Below, piece after piece: positions 12,808 to 25,019 of a stretch of 64,000 nucleotides of DNA. The first letter of the stretch is position 1, and every line of letters begins with the position of its first letter. This DNA comes from Felis catus. Its lineage: Eukaryota. Both the position numbers and the translations under genes were made by a program. The stretch is from the NCBI RefSeq assembly GCF_018350175.1, contig NC_058368.1, forward strand, positions 215,390,001 through 215,454,000. The letters are read 5' to 3'. Under the pieces are notes generated by a model that was not told the origin of the DNA, searched no databases, and saw only the letters and a list, made by a program, of their open reading frames with translations.

Positions 12808-12996
12808 TCAATAGTCAGCAAACTTTTTCTTTAAAATGCAAAAATAAGTATTTTAGACTTTGCAGGCCATACATAATTTGTTGCAACTATATAAATCTTC
12901 TGTTGTAGTACAAAAGCAACCATAAACAATACATCAATGAATAGGCATAGCTGACTCCATTAAAACTTGATTTATAGGAACAGTCATTGCCCGGCC
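12808..12996 (+). mobile_element. MER58A-like hAT-Charlie DNA transposon remnant
   Basis: gtcagcaaactttttct...attttagactttgcaggccatac...caaaagcaaccataaacaatac...taaaactt resembles MER58A. Confidence 0.8.
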
Positions 12997-13222
12997 CTAG
13001 ATAATTTGCTGGCCATAATCTTTACCATGTGGTATATTTGATTTTTAAGAGATTCAGCTTTCCTTTCGGCACTCAGCTGAAGCTAATAGCTGGACTAAAT
13101 GTAACCTAGGTAGGCCTATGAAGTGCACTGGGGTGGAGTCCTCAGTAGCTGCAGCAGTCATGATTAGTGTTGGCAATCACTCCAGGCCTTTTCCTCTTTC
13201 ATTCTGATCTTTAAAAAAAAAA

Positions 13223-13413
13223 TTAACATTTATTTATTCTTGAGAGACATAGTGCGAATAGAGGAGGGGCAGAGAGAGACAGCGACAGGATCTGAAGCAG
13301 GCTCCAGGCTCTGAGGTGTCAGCACAGAGCCGGATGTGGGGCTCAAACCCACAAATCGTGAGATCATGACCTGAGTGGAAGTCGGAGACTCAACTGAGCC
13401 ACCCAGGCGTCCC
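13223..13413 (-). mobile_element. Can-SINE
   Basis: Reverse SINEC ending actgagccacccaggcgtccc. Confidence 0.9.
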
Positions 13414-13444
13414 TCAGTATCTAATCTTTAAATTAAGTATTGTC

Positions 13445-13548
13445 GGGTGCCTGGCTGGCTCTGTCAGAAGAGTGAGCAACTCTTGATTTTGGGGTCGTGA
13501 GTTTGAGCCTCATGTTGGGTGGAGAGCTTAGTTAAAGAAATAAAACTT
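13445..13548 (+). mobile_element. Short tRNA-derived Can-SINE lacking CT tract, with TSD
   Basis: gggtgcctggctggctc...gtgagtttgagcctcatgttgggt head; TSD aaattaagtattgtc / aaattaagcattgtc. Confidence 0.85.
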
Positions 13549-16084
13549 AAATTAAGCATTGTCACGTGACTTGCTTTGGCCAGTAAAATGTGACCAGAAG
13601 TATTATATGAATTTCCAGTTGGAGAATTTTGAAATCTAGGTGCGACCTGCCATTTAGTCTTCTCCTGACTCTAATGATTGTGGAAATACATGTTAAGATT
13701 GAGTCTCTATCATCTTAGATATCTGAGTGACAATCATAAACAGAAAGTCCCTGCAGTACCACAATAGACATGTTTAATTGGCAAGGAGTAAATTTTGTTT
13801 GTGTTAAACCAATGAGGTTTTGTGATTTTAAATTATCACAACATAATTTTATCCATCATGTGTGATATTACACTATTAGATTAATAATTATATAATTTAA
13901 AAATTTTTATCAATCATAAATCATGGTTTGCCAATATCTGAAGCACTGATTGAAGAGGTGACCTATTGAAGGGTATCGAGGTTTGCATCGACATAGTTAT
14001 GCATTGACATAACTATGCATAATATTGCATCGACAATGTTAGTGATGAAACATTTTGGAAATGCGCTAAGTCCTCATGAAGCAGACCATAAGCAGTATTG
14101 GCACAGGCTTTCTTAGCTCACACAGCCCAAACTTGATTTTTATCTGGAGTACCATAAATCTATATCAATGTAATTCCTGTAATTGCTACTTCCATCTCAA
14201 CCATCGACTATGAAAATTAGGAATTGCAAAGCATATTTTATAATGCTGATTTTAATACCGAGGCATGTAAAAACAACATGATTTTCTTACATGTATGTAA
14301 AAAAATTAAAGATGAGTCAAAGTCACTTTCCTTCCCTTTGCCTATTGAGAAAGCTCATCTTGATTTTAAAACATAGTCCTTTTTATTATAGCTCTATTTA
14401 ATTTTAACTTTATTCTGATAGAAAGGACCCAAACTAATGAATAATCTATACATATGACATGAATTCTAAAATAAAATAAAATAGAATAAAGACAAAAAAT
14501 AAATTGTATTGTGCATATTGCTAATTCAGGTTACCCATTTCATCGTAACACATACTTGACTTTCTAATATTTAACTTATAACCCTTTATCATTAACCTTG
14601 AAAAAAATAAAATCCAAACCTACCATTGAATATCCACAGCATGTCAGTTGGGTCTCTGAATTTTATGAATCTGATCATTCTGTGAAACACAGCATTCATC
14701 ATTTTAGTCTATGTATGAAAAATGCTGAGAGTATTTCATTACGTATTCCTTGCCACAGGTGTAGACAAATGATGATGACAAGCTGTGAACCCAAAAACTG
14801 TATTTAACGGTCTATTAGAATAGGTTGAACATTGACAGTGAAAACATTTATTGATAAAATTTCTAACTCATGCTGTGCAGGGAATGGATGACAGAGGGAA
14901 CCGACTCCTGACTATCAGCGCGCACCAGGGAAAACACAAGCAATGAATGTGTTCGCAACCTCTGTCACCTCCTATTTGCTTTACATTTACCATTGGTTTT
15001 AATAAATAGGAGCCGGGTTCCAACAAATCTCAGCAGGGTTCTTCAACTTCTGTCTGCTCTGCACTTCTGCAGCTAACACATCTGCTTGAACACATCAGCT
15101 ATGAGAAGTGCACATTTTGAGTCTTCCCAGGATCTGCAACTTGGGCAAGGGCAGCAGTAACGTAGAGACCCTCCACAGTTTTAAGACATTTTTCAAATCC
15201 CCTTCTAGGGCAATTTGTCCCCAAGAGCAGCGTATGCAGTCTTTAGAAAAGCCTTAAACATCTGCTTGAGACACCGATGTTTCACAGACTTCAAAGGCAA
15301 CAGATGTGACAATGCACAGGGATTCATTGAGCCTTAGGTTAGACTGGGGAGATCAATGACCCTGGGCTTTAACTTAAGCAAATATATTATCTGAGTTAGT
15401 TTTTTTCTCCACAAAATATCTGTTTAGTAATTTTTATAGTGCTTATTATGGTTAATTTTGGCTTTCAGTCTACAGCCTCTTCTCGTTTCCAGAATTACTG
15501 AGGTCAACACCTATTTTTCCACAAACCCCCTTAAGTGTGATTGTTTTATACATTTGTACTAAGTTCGATCGGTCACATACTGCATGCCATTGCAGGATTC
15601 TCCTGACATTTTAATGATTTTTTTTAATTTGCAGATATTATAGTTCACCCTTTGTGCTATGAATTTCTATGGGTTTTAACAAATGAATAGTATCAGATGT
15701 CCATCAGTACAATATTATACAGAATAATTTCACTGCCTTAAAAAAATTCCCTGTACTTCTATTTAACATTTGTCTGACCCCAGACACCTGGCAATCACTG
15801 TTTTTTTTTTTCAAATCATTTTTATAGTTTCACCTTTTCCAGAACGTCATATTTTTCATTATTTATTCTTTTCAGACCAGCGTCTCTCACTGACCAATAT
15901 ACATTTATAATTCATCCATATATTTCTGTGACTTAGTACCTCATTTATTTTTATCATTGAATAACATCCCCTTGTTTGGATATACCATAGTTGTTTATTC
16001 ACACCTCCTGAAGGACATCTTGGTCACTTCTGGGTTTGGACAATTGTGAGGAAAGCTGGCATGTTTATTGGCACGTAGTATTTT

Positions 16085-17751
16085 TTTTTCAGAACTTTAT
16101 CTTTGATTTTTCTATACTTTCTTTGTCTTTGATTTTCTATAGTTTCTATGACATGCCTGCATATAGTCTTTTGGCATTTATTCTGCTTAATGTCTCTGAG
16201 CTTCCTGCATCTCTGATTTGGTGTCTGACATTAATTTGGGGGGAATTGTCAGTAATTGTCATTGAAAATATTTCTTCTGCTCCTTTCTCTCTTTCTTCGC
16301 CTGGCATTCTCATACATATATATTACCTTTTGTGGTTCTCCCACACTCCTTAGATATCCTTTTTTCTTTTCTTTTCTTTTCTTTTCTTTTCTTTTCTTTT
16401 CTTTTCTTTTCTTTTCTTTTCTTTCTTTTCTCTTTTCTTTTCTCTTTCCTTTCCTTTCCTTTCCTTTCCTTTCCTTTCCTTTCCTTTCCTTTCCTTTCCT
16501 TTCCTTTCCTTCTCTTCTCTTCTCTTCTCTTCTCTTCTCTTCTCTTCTCTTCTCTTCTCTTTTTTTCTTTTCTTCTTTAATTCAGTCTTTGCCCTCTTTG
16601 CTTCTCCGTCTTGAAGGTTTATATCGAAATTATCTCAAGCACAGAGATTCTTTCCTCAGCTGCATCTAGTCCACTCATTATCCCATCAAGGCAATCTTCA
16701 TTTTTGTTAGTGCTTTTGATCTCTAGTACTGCCTTTTGGTTTTTTCTTAGGACTTCTCTCTCTCTTGTTATATTGCCCATCTGTTTTTGAATGTTAACTA
16801 CTCTATCCATTATGCCCCTTAGCATATTAATGTTCTTTTAAAAGTCCTGGTATGATAATTCCCACTTTGAGGCTTCCTCTGTCCCTTCAAATTGTTGTAT
16901 TTTTCCCCACATTTTAGAATGCCTTGTATTTTTTTTTCTTGATAGCCAGACGAGAACAAGGAACTGCTGTGTATAGGTTTTTAGTATGTGGTGTCAAGGT
17001 ATTGGGAAAAGGGAAGTGTTCTCTGGCCCTACTATGATTAGATCTCTGTTTTTTAGTGAGCTTAGACTGTGAACTTTACAAGTATTTCTCTCTTTTTTTC
17101 CCTCTCTCCTTAGGTAGCTGAGGATGGCTAAGTGGGTTGGAGTTGATACTTTCCTCCTCCTTTATGGAAAGCTATACTTGACTGAGGTTGGGTTTTCACC
17201 TTCTCCCAGGTGAGTTAGGGAGGGACTGATAACAGCCAGCACATTAGTTTCTGGTTAATTTGTTTCTTCTGAGAGCAGGCCTCCTTAAGAACAGAGTGCT
17301 CTGGCGTTTTTCAAAATGGTTCCTTTTCTCTTGCTGCCACTGGAAGCCAGAGGGGATTCTTCTCTCCTACTTACGGTGAGAATCTTGTTGGGCTCCTAGA
17401 GGTAAAATTCACGAAAATGTGAGAGCCCCTGTAACTGGGTCCCCCTGGAGTTTTTAACTGTCTGGAGATGTCCACACTGAGCCTCTAGCACTTAATCAGC
17501 TACAGTTCATGTTTTCCTCCTCCAGCACTGGCTCCCTTCGCATCTTCTGCTGCTGAGTCTCTGCTCAGGTAAGTCCTGATACCTGTATGCACTTGGGTGA
17601 CTCTCTCCAATCTTAGGGGCGGTGGTTTGTGTCGTGTCCTCTTTTATGGATTTAAGAGGAGTTGTTGGTTTCTGAAGTCTGTTCAGCTTTTTTCTTGTTA
17701 GTATGGGGTGGTGACTTCCAAACTCCTTATATGTAGAATCAGAAACCTGAA
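16085..17751 (-). mobile_element. Old L1M 5' half (5'UTR plus ORF1 remnant)
   Basis: ORF 16619-16825 'LRKNQKAVLEIK...GLDAAEERISVLE' is an ORF1p coiled coil; 5' end resembles 55815-56390. Confidence 0.8.
16362..16577. repeat. Compound pentanucleotide microsatellite (TTTTC)n-(TTTCC)n-(CTTCT)n
   Basis: ~215 bp pure pyrimidine tract read directly. Confidence 0.95.
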
Positions 17752-18749
17752 GCCTGCAGGGTTTCTGTGAATATAAGTTTTCAGTAAGTTGGGTAACTTG
17801 CCTAGGGGTATGACTGCTAGATTGTATGGTTAAGTGTATGTATAACATTGTAAGAAATTGCCAAACTATCTTCCAAAACCTTTTGCTTTCCCATCATCAG
17901 TGAATGGGAGTCCCTGTTTCTCTGCATCCATGCCAGCTATTATTATTACATTTTTGGATTTTAGTCATTGTAATGTTGTGTAGTCCTATCTTTTCTTGTT
18001 TTAATTTTCAGTTTTCTAATGATAAATGATTTTCAGCATATTTTCATATGATTTGCCATTTGTATGTCCTTTATGGTAAGGTATTCAGATATTTTGCCTA
18101 TTAATACTTTTATTGTTGAGTCTTTAAATCCTTCTCTGTATTTTGCATACAAGACCTTTGTCAGGTATGTGTTTTTTTTTTTAAATAGTTTATTCCAGTC
18201 AATAGCTTGTCTTTCTATTCTTTTAAAAGTTTCTTTTACAGCATGTATATTTTTAGTTTTAATAAAGCCCAACTTAAGTTTTTCTCTCATGGAATGTGCT
18301 TTTGATATTGTATCTAAAAACCTATTACCAAATTCAAGGCCACTTAGATTTTCCCTTTCTTCACTTTTGTGGTGATACATTTAAGCATCTTGTTGTTTGC
18401 AAACCTTTTTAACCATTGCAATTCAGTAAAAGCTCTAAAATCGGAATATTTAGCTTCCTAATTTTCTCTTTAACTATTGATTTATTAGTCTGAAAAAGAT
18501 GCAGTCTAAAAAATGTTAGTCCTTTAGAAATTTAAAGGACTTTCTAGCAAGTTCCATGCATTCTAATGACACTTCAGTCGTTTTACAGAGTTTTCTTCAA
18601 AGGCTTAAATATTTGAAGAGTAACAGAAATTTATACTGCCACATGGAAGCTCTTTCTTTTGTCTTCTGTTTTATTTTCACATTAGTTTAGTGGCAAAATT
18701 TTACAGTCAGTTGTAGTGTGTATATAAAATATTTTCAGATCTCCGTTTC

Positions 18750-18995
18750 TTTTTTCCGCGTCTTATTGAGTAATAATTGAGAAACATCACTGTAGACTTA
18801 AGGTGTATACTGGCTTGATTTCTAGGTATTGTAAAATAATTCCCACAAAAGATTCAGCTAAAGTCCATTTTCTCATGTAGATACAATTTAAAAAAGGAAA
18901 AAAGAAGAAGGTTGTTTTTTGTGATGAAGATTCCGTATTTACTTAATATTTAGTATTTAGTATTTAATTTCCTATATGCCATGCAGCAGTGTTAA
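18750..18995 (-). mobile_element. L1 3' end fragment
   Basis: Antisense 3'UTR (ttattgagtaataattgag...gcagcagtgttaact). Confidence 0.6.
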
Positions 18996-19164
18996 CTGTT
19001 GTTTTTTTAATATGCATTTCTGTCAATTGAGATAAAATTTAACAATTTCCTGGAAACAAGATGTTGACATAACTTGGAATTGAGGTGTATTTTACATGAC
19101 CTCCGATTGCCAAAGGGGTTTAGGATATGAACGCACTCATACATTTTGGTTTTGATCTATATTT

Positions 19165-19707
19165 TTTTCAGGAGAGCTGACACACAATGTTACATTAATT
19201 TCAGCTATATAAGATAGTGATTCAACAAGTCTATACATTATACTATGCTGCCCACAACTGTAGCTACCATCTGTCACCATGCAACCCCGTTACAATGCCA
19301 CTGACTATATTCCCTACGATGAACTTTTTATTCTCCTGACTTATTCCATACTGGAAGCCTGTATCTCCCACTCCCCTCCACCCATTTTGCCCATTCTTCC
19401 ACTTCCTCCCCTCTGGCAAGGGGAGGGTTCTCTGTATTTATAGGTATGTATTTATAGGTATGATTCCACTTCCTCCCCTCTGGCAAGGTGTGTTCTCTGT
19501 ATTTATAGGTATGATTCTGCTTTTTGTTTGTTTATTCATTTGTGTGTGTGTGTGTATTTAAGATTCTGCATATCATTCAAATCATATGATATTTGGGTTT
19601 CTCTGTATAACTTACTTCACTTAGCATAAAACCTGTCTAGGTCCATCTATGTTGTCTCAAATGACGCGATCTCATTCTTCTTTATGGCGAGTAATCTTCC
19701 ATTACAC

Positions 19708-19756
<49 letters not shown>

Positions 19757-20300
19757 GTCTTCTTTATTCATCTATCAATGGACACTTAAGTTGCTTCCAT
19801 ATCTTGGTTATTGTAAATAATGATGCAATAAACAGAGGGGTGCATATGTTTTTTTTTTTTTTTGAATTAGTGTTTTCATTTTTCTTAAATACCCAGTAGT
19901 GGAATTATTGAATCCTATAGTATATTTATTTTTTTAATTTTTCGAGGAAACTCCATACTGTTTTCCACAGTGGTTGCACTAATTTACATTCACACTAACA
20001 GTTACACGAGAGTTCCTTTTTCTCCACATTCTTGCCAATACTTGTTGTTTCTTGTGTTTTTGGTTTTAGTCATTTTGATAGATGTTAGGTGATATTTCAC
20101 TGTGGTTTTGATTTGCATTTCCCTGAGGATTATTGATGTTGAACACCTTTTCATGTGTCAGATGGCCATCTGTATGTTTTCTTTGGAAAAATGTCTATTC
20201 ATGTCCTCTGCCTATTTTAATCAGATTATTTGTAGTGTTGTGTTTGTGGAGTTGTATAAGTTCTTATATTTTGTATATTAACCCCTTATTGGATGGTTTG
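19165..20300 (-). mobile_element. L1 (L1MA9/L1_Carn-like) 3' end
   Basis: Antisense 3'UTR and ORF2 end (atacccagtagtggaatt; ctccatactgttttccacagtggttgcac); internal (CA)n. Confidence 0.88.
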
Positions 20301-20345
20301 GATATTTTTTTTTTGGTTTGTATATTTTTTAATAAATAAATTATA

Positions 20346-20566
20346 GGGGCGCCTGGGTGGCGCAGTCGGTTAAGTGTCCGACTTCAGCCAGGTCACGATC
20401 TCGCGGTCCGTGAGTTCGAGCCCCGTGTCAGGCTCTGGGCTGATGGCTCAGAGCTTGGAGCCTGTTTCCGATTCTGTGTCTCCCTCTCTCTCTGCCCCAC
20501 CCCCATTCATGCTCTGTCTCTCTCTGTCCCAAATAAATAAATAAACGTTGAAAAAAAAATTAAAAA
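20346..20566 (+). mobile_element. Young felid SINEC_Fc-type element with TSD
   Basis: ggggcgcctgggtggcgcagtcggttaag...cagccaggtcacgatc; TSD aaataaattata. Confidence 0.95.
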
Positions 20567-20828
20567 AAATAAATTATAGGTAAACAGCTGTAATATATAA
20601 TTTCTGATAAAAATTGAAGGATCAAAAAGAAATCAGTTCATTCAAAATGCTAGAAATCTCAGACTAAAAGAAGATAGTGAACCTGATCACAAAAAGAGTT
20701 AATATGAAAGGAAAAATAGGCATTTGTCAATGACCCTAGAATCATCTCCTTTTATACCTTCAATGATTTTAATAGTATTTTATCTATCTATGTCAACTTT
20801 TTTTCAGTGATGATAGAAAAATGCCATA

Positions 20829-21028
20829 GGAGCACCTGAGTGGCTCAGTTAAGTGGCTGACTTTGGCTCAGGTCATGATCTCACAGCTTGTGAGTTCAAG
20901 CCCCACATCGGGCTCTGTACTGACAGCTGGGAGCCTGGACCCTGCTTCGGATTCTGTGTCTCCCTCTCTCTCTGTTCCTTCCTGCTCATTCTCTCTCTCT
21001 CTCTCTCTCTCAAAAATGAATAACTATT
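20829..21028 (+). mobile_element. Can-SINE
   Basis: SINEC head, (CT)n, tail; TSD-like aaaaatgccata / aaaaatggcata. Confidence 0.9.
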
Positions 21029-21468
21029 AAAAATGGCATAAATGATTTATGATTCAAATTTACTAATCAGGGCAAGAAATTTTCTTTATATGATAGGAAA
21101 GTTCCATGTGAAATACTCTATTTAAATAAAGAGGAGAAAATGTGGAAAGATTCCACCATGTAGTAACCTGACATAGTGAAGGTGCTCAAAGTGCTTGCTG
21201 AATAAGTTCTAAAATGATTATGAAAAGTTGGCCCAGCAAAAGTTGAAGAAATTGTATCAATATTTTTGAGTCTAGTTCGCCAGGAATATTAATATTTGCT
21301 AAGTACCATTACGTATTTTGCAATCCTTATTCCACATATTTTACATACACTAATTTATTCACCCCCAATTATCTTGTGAGTGGCTGCACCTTACAAGCAA
21401 TTTACCACTTGTGATTCATCTTTGGTTTATATAAAATTGGTACCTAGATCTAAGTTTGATTATGAGCT

Positions 21469-22017
21469 TATGTGTGATTAAGACACTCATACCCACTGCA
21501 TTGAATTGAAGGCCGTGGAGGCCTGGTCCAGGCAAAAGCATATGCCATGAGGTGGAAGTAGCATACAAAGACTTCATTGGAGCAGCGCTTGCCCGCCACA
21601 GAGGAGAAAATCCCCCTCAAAAGGAGACATTTTGGACACTGGGGCAGGACCGTCATCCAGAAAGAGAGCCCGCCAAAGGAATTACTTGGGAGGAAAATTG
21701 AAGAGGAGGCTTAGTGTCAGGAGGTGTTACTCAGCAGCAAGATAGGGACTTTCTGGGTTTGAGAGACGTGGCTTGGGATCGGGGATGGCCCCAGGGTTAT
21801 CTTATTTACCACTAGCAGATGCCGGGTGCAGTTTCACGGAGTATGGGAAGCAGGCCAGCTTCTAAATAGCTAAATATATGCTAATTTGGACTATATTTAA
21901 GGCAATTGGATGTGTAAGAATAGGAGTTTTGTACCAGCAGGCTTTTGAGCTAATAGTCTTAGACTGCTGTAAAGAAGCAAACCATACTAGGGCCTTATGG
22001 GGCTCATTTGTATAACA
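21469..22017 (-). mobile_element. Ancient solo LTR (ERVL-class; family not certain)
   Basis: TG...CA-bounded GC-richer island ending ggctcatttgtataaca; text resembles old eutherian LTRs. Confidence 0.55.
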
Positions 22018-22104
22018 TCTCTCAAGACACAATAAATAAGCATACATTTTGCTGATTTTTAAATTACTTGGTATAAATACATGTAACATCACATGAGCTG
22101 TACC

Positions 22105-22317
22105 TTTTTTGAAATGTTTATTTGTATTTGAGAAAGAGAAAGAGAGCGCGTAAGCGAGTCAGGGAGGGGTCAGAAAGAGATGAAGATAGAAATGGAAGCA
22201 GGATCCAGGCTCTGAGCTGCTAGCACAGAGCCTGATGCAGGACTTGAAATCAGGAGCCAGGAGATCATGACCGAGCCAAAGTCTGACGCTTACCCAACAG
22301 AGCCTCCCAGGCACCCC
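22105..22317 (-). mobile_element. Can-SINE with TSD
   Basis: TSD tgagctgtac flanks reverse SINEC. Confidence 0.88.
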
Positions 22318-22454
22318 TGAGCTGTACTTTCAAACACACACACACGCACAAGCTCTAAAACTATTAAATATTAGGAAAAAAGTTTTCTACATAGGCTATC
22401 ATCCAACAAGATTTGCTTAGGGAATTTCTTTGTGCTTTTTTGCCTTTAAGCAAT

Positions 22455-22801
22455 TGTTAGTCAGCTAAGGCTGCCATAATAAGACACCGTGGGTACATTG
22501 GGTGATTTAAACAATAGAAATTGATTTTCTCATTGCTTTAGAGGCTGAAAGTCCACAGTCAAGGTGTTTGGCAAGTTTGGTCTTTCCCTAAGACTTCTCT
22601 CCTTGGCTTGCTTGACTTCTTGCTGTGTCTTCATGTGAACTTTTAATGGTGTCTCTTCTAATAAGGACACCAATTTTATTGGATTAGGGTTCCAAACTTA
22701 CTGACCTCATTTAACCTCCTCAAAGGCTCTATTTTCAAATATAGTCCTTTGAGGGTTAGGATTTCAACATATGAATTGGGGGGCATAATTCAGTCTATAA
22801 T
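22455..22801 (-). mobile_element. MLT1A/B-like MaLR LTR
   Basis: aaggctgccataat...aaacaatagaaatt...ttaggatttcaacatatgaattgggggg...aattcagtctataa. Confidence 0.85.
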
Positions 22802-23286
22802 ATTTAATCTCTGGCTTGCTTTTGTAAATATATAATATACATACATAAATGTTCACATATTTATATATAATACATATATTTGCATACACATAAATGTTTT
22901 CATTTACATATAATACATGCCCCCAAATTTCACCATTTTAATTGGGTGTGTGTTGTATACCAAGTATCGACTTCACTTGAACAAGAATTGCAGATTCATT
23001 TGGCTTATGAAATTCAGTTCATTTATAATCACAGTTTCACACAGCACTTCAGAGAACAGGAAATTAACTTTTCTAGCTGAATAAAACCAAACATGGAAAC
23101 AAGTTTGTAGTTCCTAAAAGAGCTTTGTAAATGATTTTGTATCACACATTGCATTTAATTTATTCCAGCAGACATTAAAATATCTGTTAAATACTCTTTT
23201 TTCATGAAGATGTTCACAACCACCAAATGGAATAGCCATCATATTCTTAAGAGTTCAACATAATTGTCAAGAATAGACTTTATTGA

Positions 23287-23518
23287 GGGGCGCCTGGGTG
23301 GCACAGTCGGTTAAGCGTCCGACTTCAGCCAGGTCACGATCTCGCGGTCCGTGAGTTCGAGCCCCGCGTCAGGCTCTGGGCTGATGGCTCAGAGCCTGGA
23401 GCCTGTTTCCGATTCTGTGTCTCCCTCTCTCTCTGCCCCTCCCCTGTTCATGCTCTGTCTCTCTCTGTCCCAAAAATAAAATAAAATAAAATAAAAAAAA
23501 AACGTTGAAAAAAAAAAC
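23287..23518 (+). mobile_element. Young SINEC_Fc-type element with 15-bp TSD
   Basis: TSD aatagactttattga at 23272-23286 and 23519-23533; CpGs intact. Confidence 0.96.
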
Positions 23519-23973
23519 AATAGACTTTATTGAAATCAACCAATTCCATTAAAATGAATACATTGAAAGGATTCTCAGAAATGAGAAGGAATGGTTATGA
23601 GTTACTGACATTTGAGCTCTATAAGGAAATTTGAGCTCCATGGTTTTTGTTTATACGTGCAAATAGACAAAAGCTGGTAGCATTTCAGTTTAAAATGATT
23701 CTATATTAAGTTTATGCATCCCTACAAATATTTGGTAATTTTCAAAACTGTATCTGCATGCAAGACACTTTTCTAGGGTTTAGGACTAGATCTCTGAATA
23801 AAACAAATACCCTGCCCTCATGGAACTTCCTTCCAGCACAGAGGCAGATAATAATCAAATTCCTCCTTTAATTTGGTTTTCCCCTTTGGGACTAGCCCTT
23901 GACCTTGACAGAAGCTTATTGGTATTCACATAAATATATATCTGTAATTTCTAAACTATAAAATGTTCATATA

Positions 23974-24188
23974 GGGGCGCCTGGGTGGCGCAGTCGGTTA
24001 AGCGTCCGACTTCAGCCAGGTCACGATCTCGCGGTCCGGGAGTTCGAGCCCCGCATCAGGCTCTGGGCTGATGGCTCAGAGCCTGGAGCCTGTTTCCGAT
24101 TCTGTGTCTCCCTCTCTCTCTGCCCCTCCCCCGTTCATGCTCTGTCTCTCTCTGTCCCAAAAATAAATAAACGTTGAAAAAAAAAATT
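23974..24188 (+). mobile_element. Young SINEC_Fc-type element with 15-bp TSD
   Basis: TSD taaaatgttcatata at 23959-23973 and 24189-24203. Confidence 0.96.
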
Positions 24189-24369
24189 TAAAATGTTCAT
24201 ATAATAGTGGTACCTGTAACCATTTCAGGGGACTAGCATGGCCTACATAATCTAAATGGCTAAAATAGTCAGTAAAGACAATTCAGCTTTAATTTCTAAA
24301 TTACTCTAAAAAGTAGACAGAAATGCAAGAGCCATATAAACAAATGGTTAAGAAATTAATTTTTTGCTC

Positions 24370-24570
24370 TCCTTGACTCAGTTCTTTGTTATGTAATAAC
24401 TCTATGATATGAGGTAATCTATCTCCACAAAACTCAGATGTTTTCTGGGTAAAATGAAGGAAATAGTAACTATATTAAAGGCAACTCTCAGTATGATGGA
24501 AGTTAATATGTACATTGTATTTAGCATGATGCCTATCATGTAAGATTCATTCAGATTTGTAGTAGCTATT
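24370..24570 (+). mobile_element. MIR fragment
   Basis: Degraded MIR core (ctcagatgttttctgggtaaaatgaaggaaatagta...tttagcatgatgcct). Confidence 0.5.
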
Positions 24571-25019
24571 GCTGAAATGTAGATGTGTTAAAGAGGTGTA
24601 AAAGTTTCTATCTGGGGCAAATTTCTTTCATATAGATTTTTTAAAATAAAACTCATTCTATAGTGTATGAGAAACTTTACATAAATGGTTATTATAATAG
24701 CACTGCCCTAGAAAACAGAATTATTTCCTGGCTGTATATGTTCAAAATTCAAGAATATTTTGATGTGTTTGTGAGAAAATTTTCAGTAATCTCAAATTTA
24801 TTTTTGATACATTTGTATTCTCCAGGTTTTATATGTAAAATATATATATATTTTATATATATATATATATAAAATCAAATATTCTCACTACTAGAGTGTC
24901 AATTTACAGATAAGCATATATTTTATATATGTATATATGTATGTATTTACGTATGTATAATATGTATATTATTTATGTATACTTTAATATATATACGCAT
25001 GTACACATGTTGTTATACA

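Larger units (their letters stand above)
13150..13867 (+). mobile_element. MaLR LTR (MLT1H/I/J-like) interrupted by two SINEs
   Basis: cacgtgacttgctttggccagtaaaatgtgaccagaagt...gtgttaaaccaatgaggtttt motifs. Confidence 0.7.
15620..18382 (-). mobile_element. Old L1MC/MD-like 3' region (15620-16070 and 17752-18382) split by another L1 piece
   Basis: Antisense 3'UTR/ORF2 text continues across the insertion; ORF 18033-18380 resembles degraded ORF2 (KLGFIKTKN...KRIERQAIDWNK). Confidence 0.75.

Noticed and set aside
13445..13520. tRNA-Lys-like sequence
   Set aside because: Degenerate tRNA-derived SINE head with A-tail and TSD, not a functional tRNA.
16036..16669. F/L/S-rich ORFs
   Set aside because: Translation of a pyrimidine microsatellite and antisense L1.
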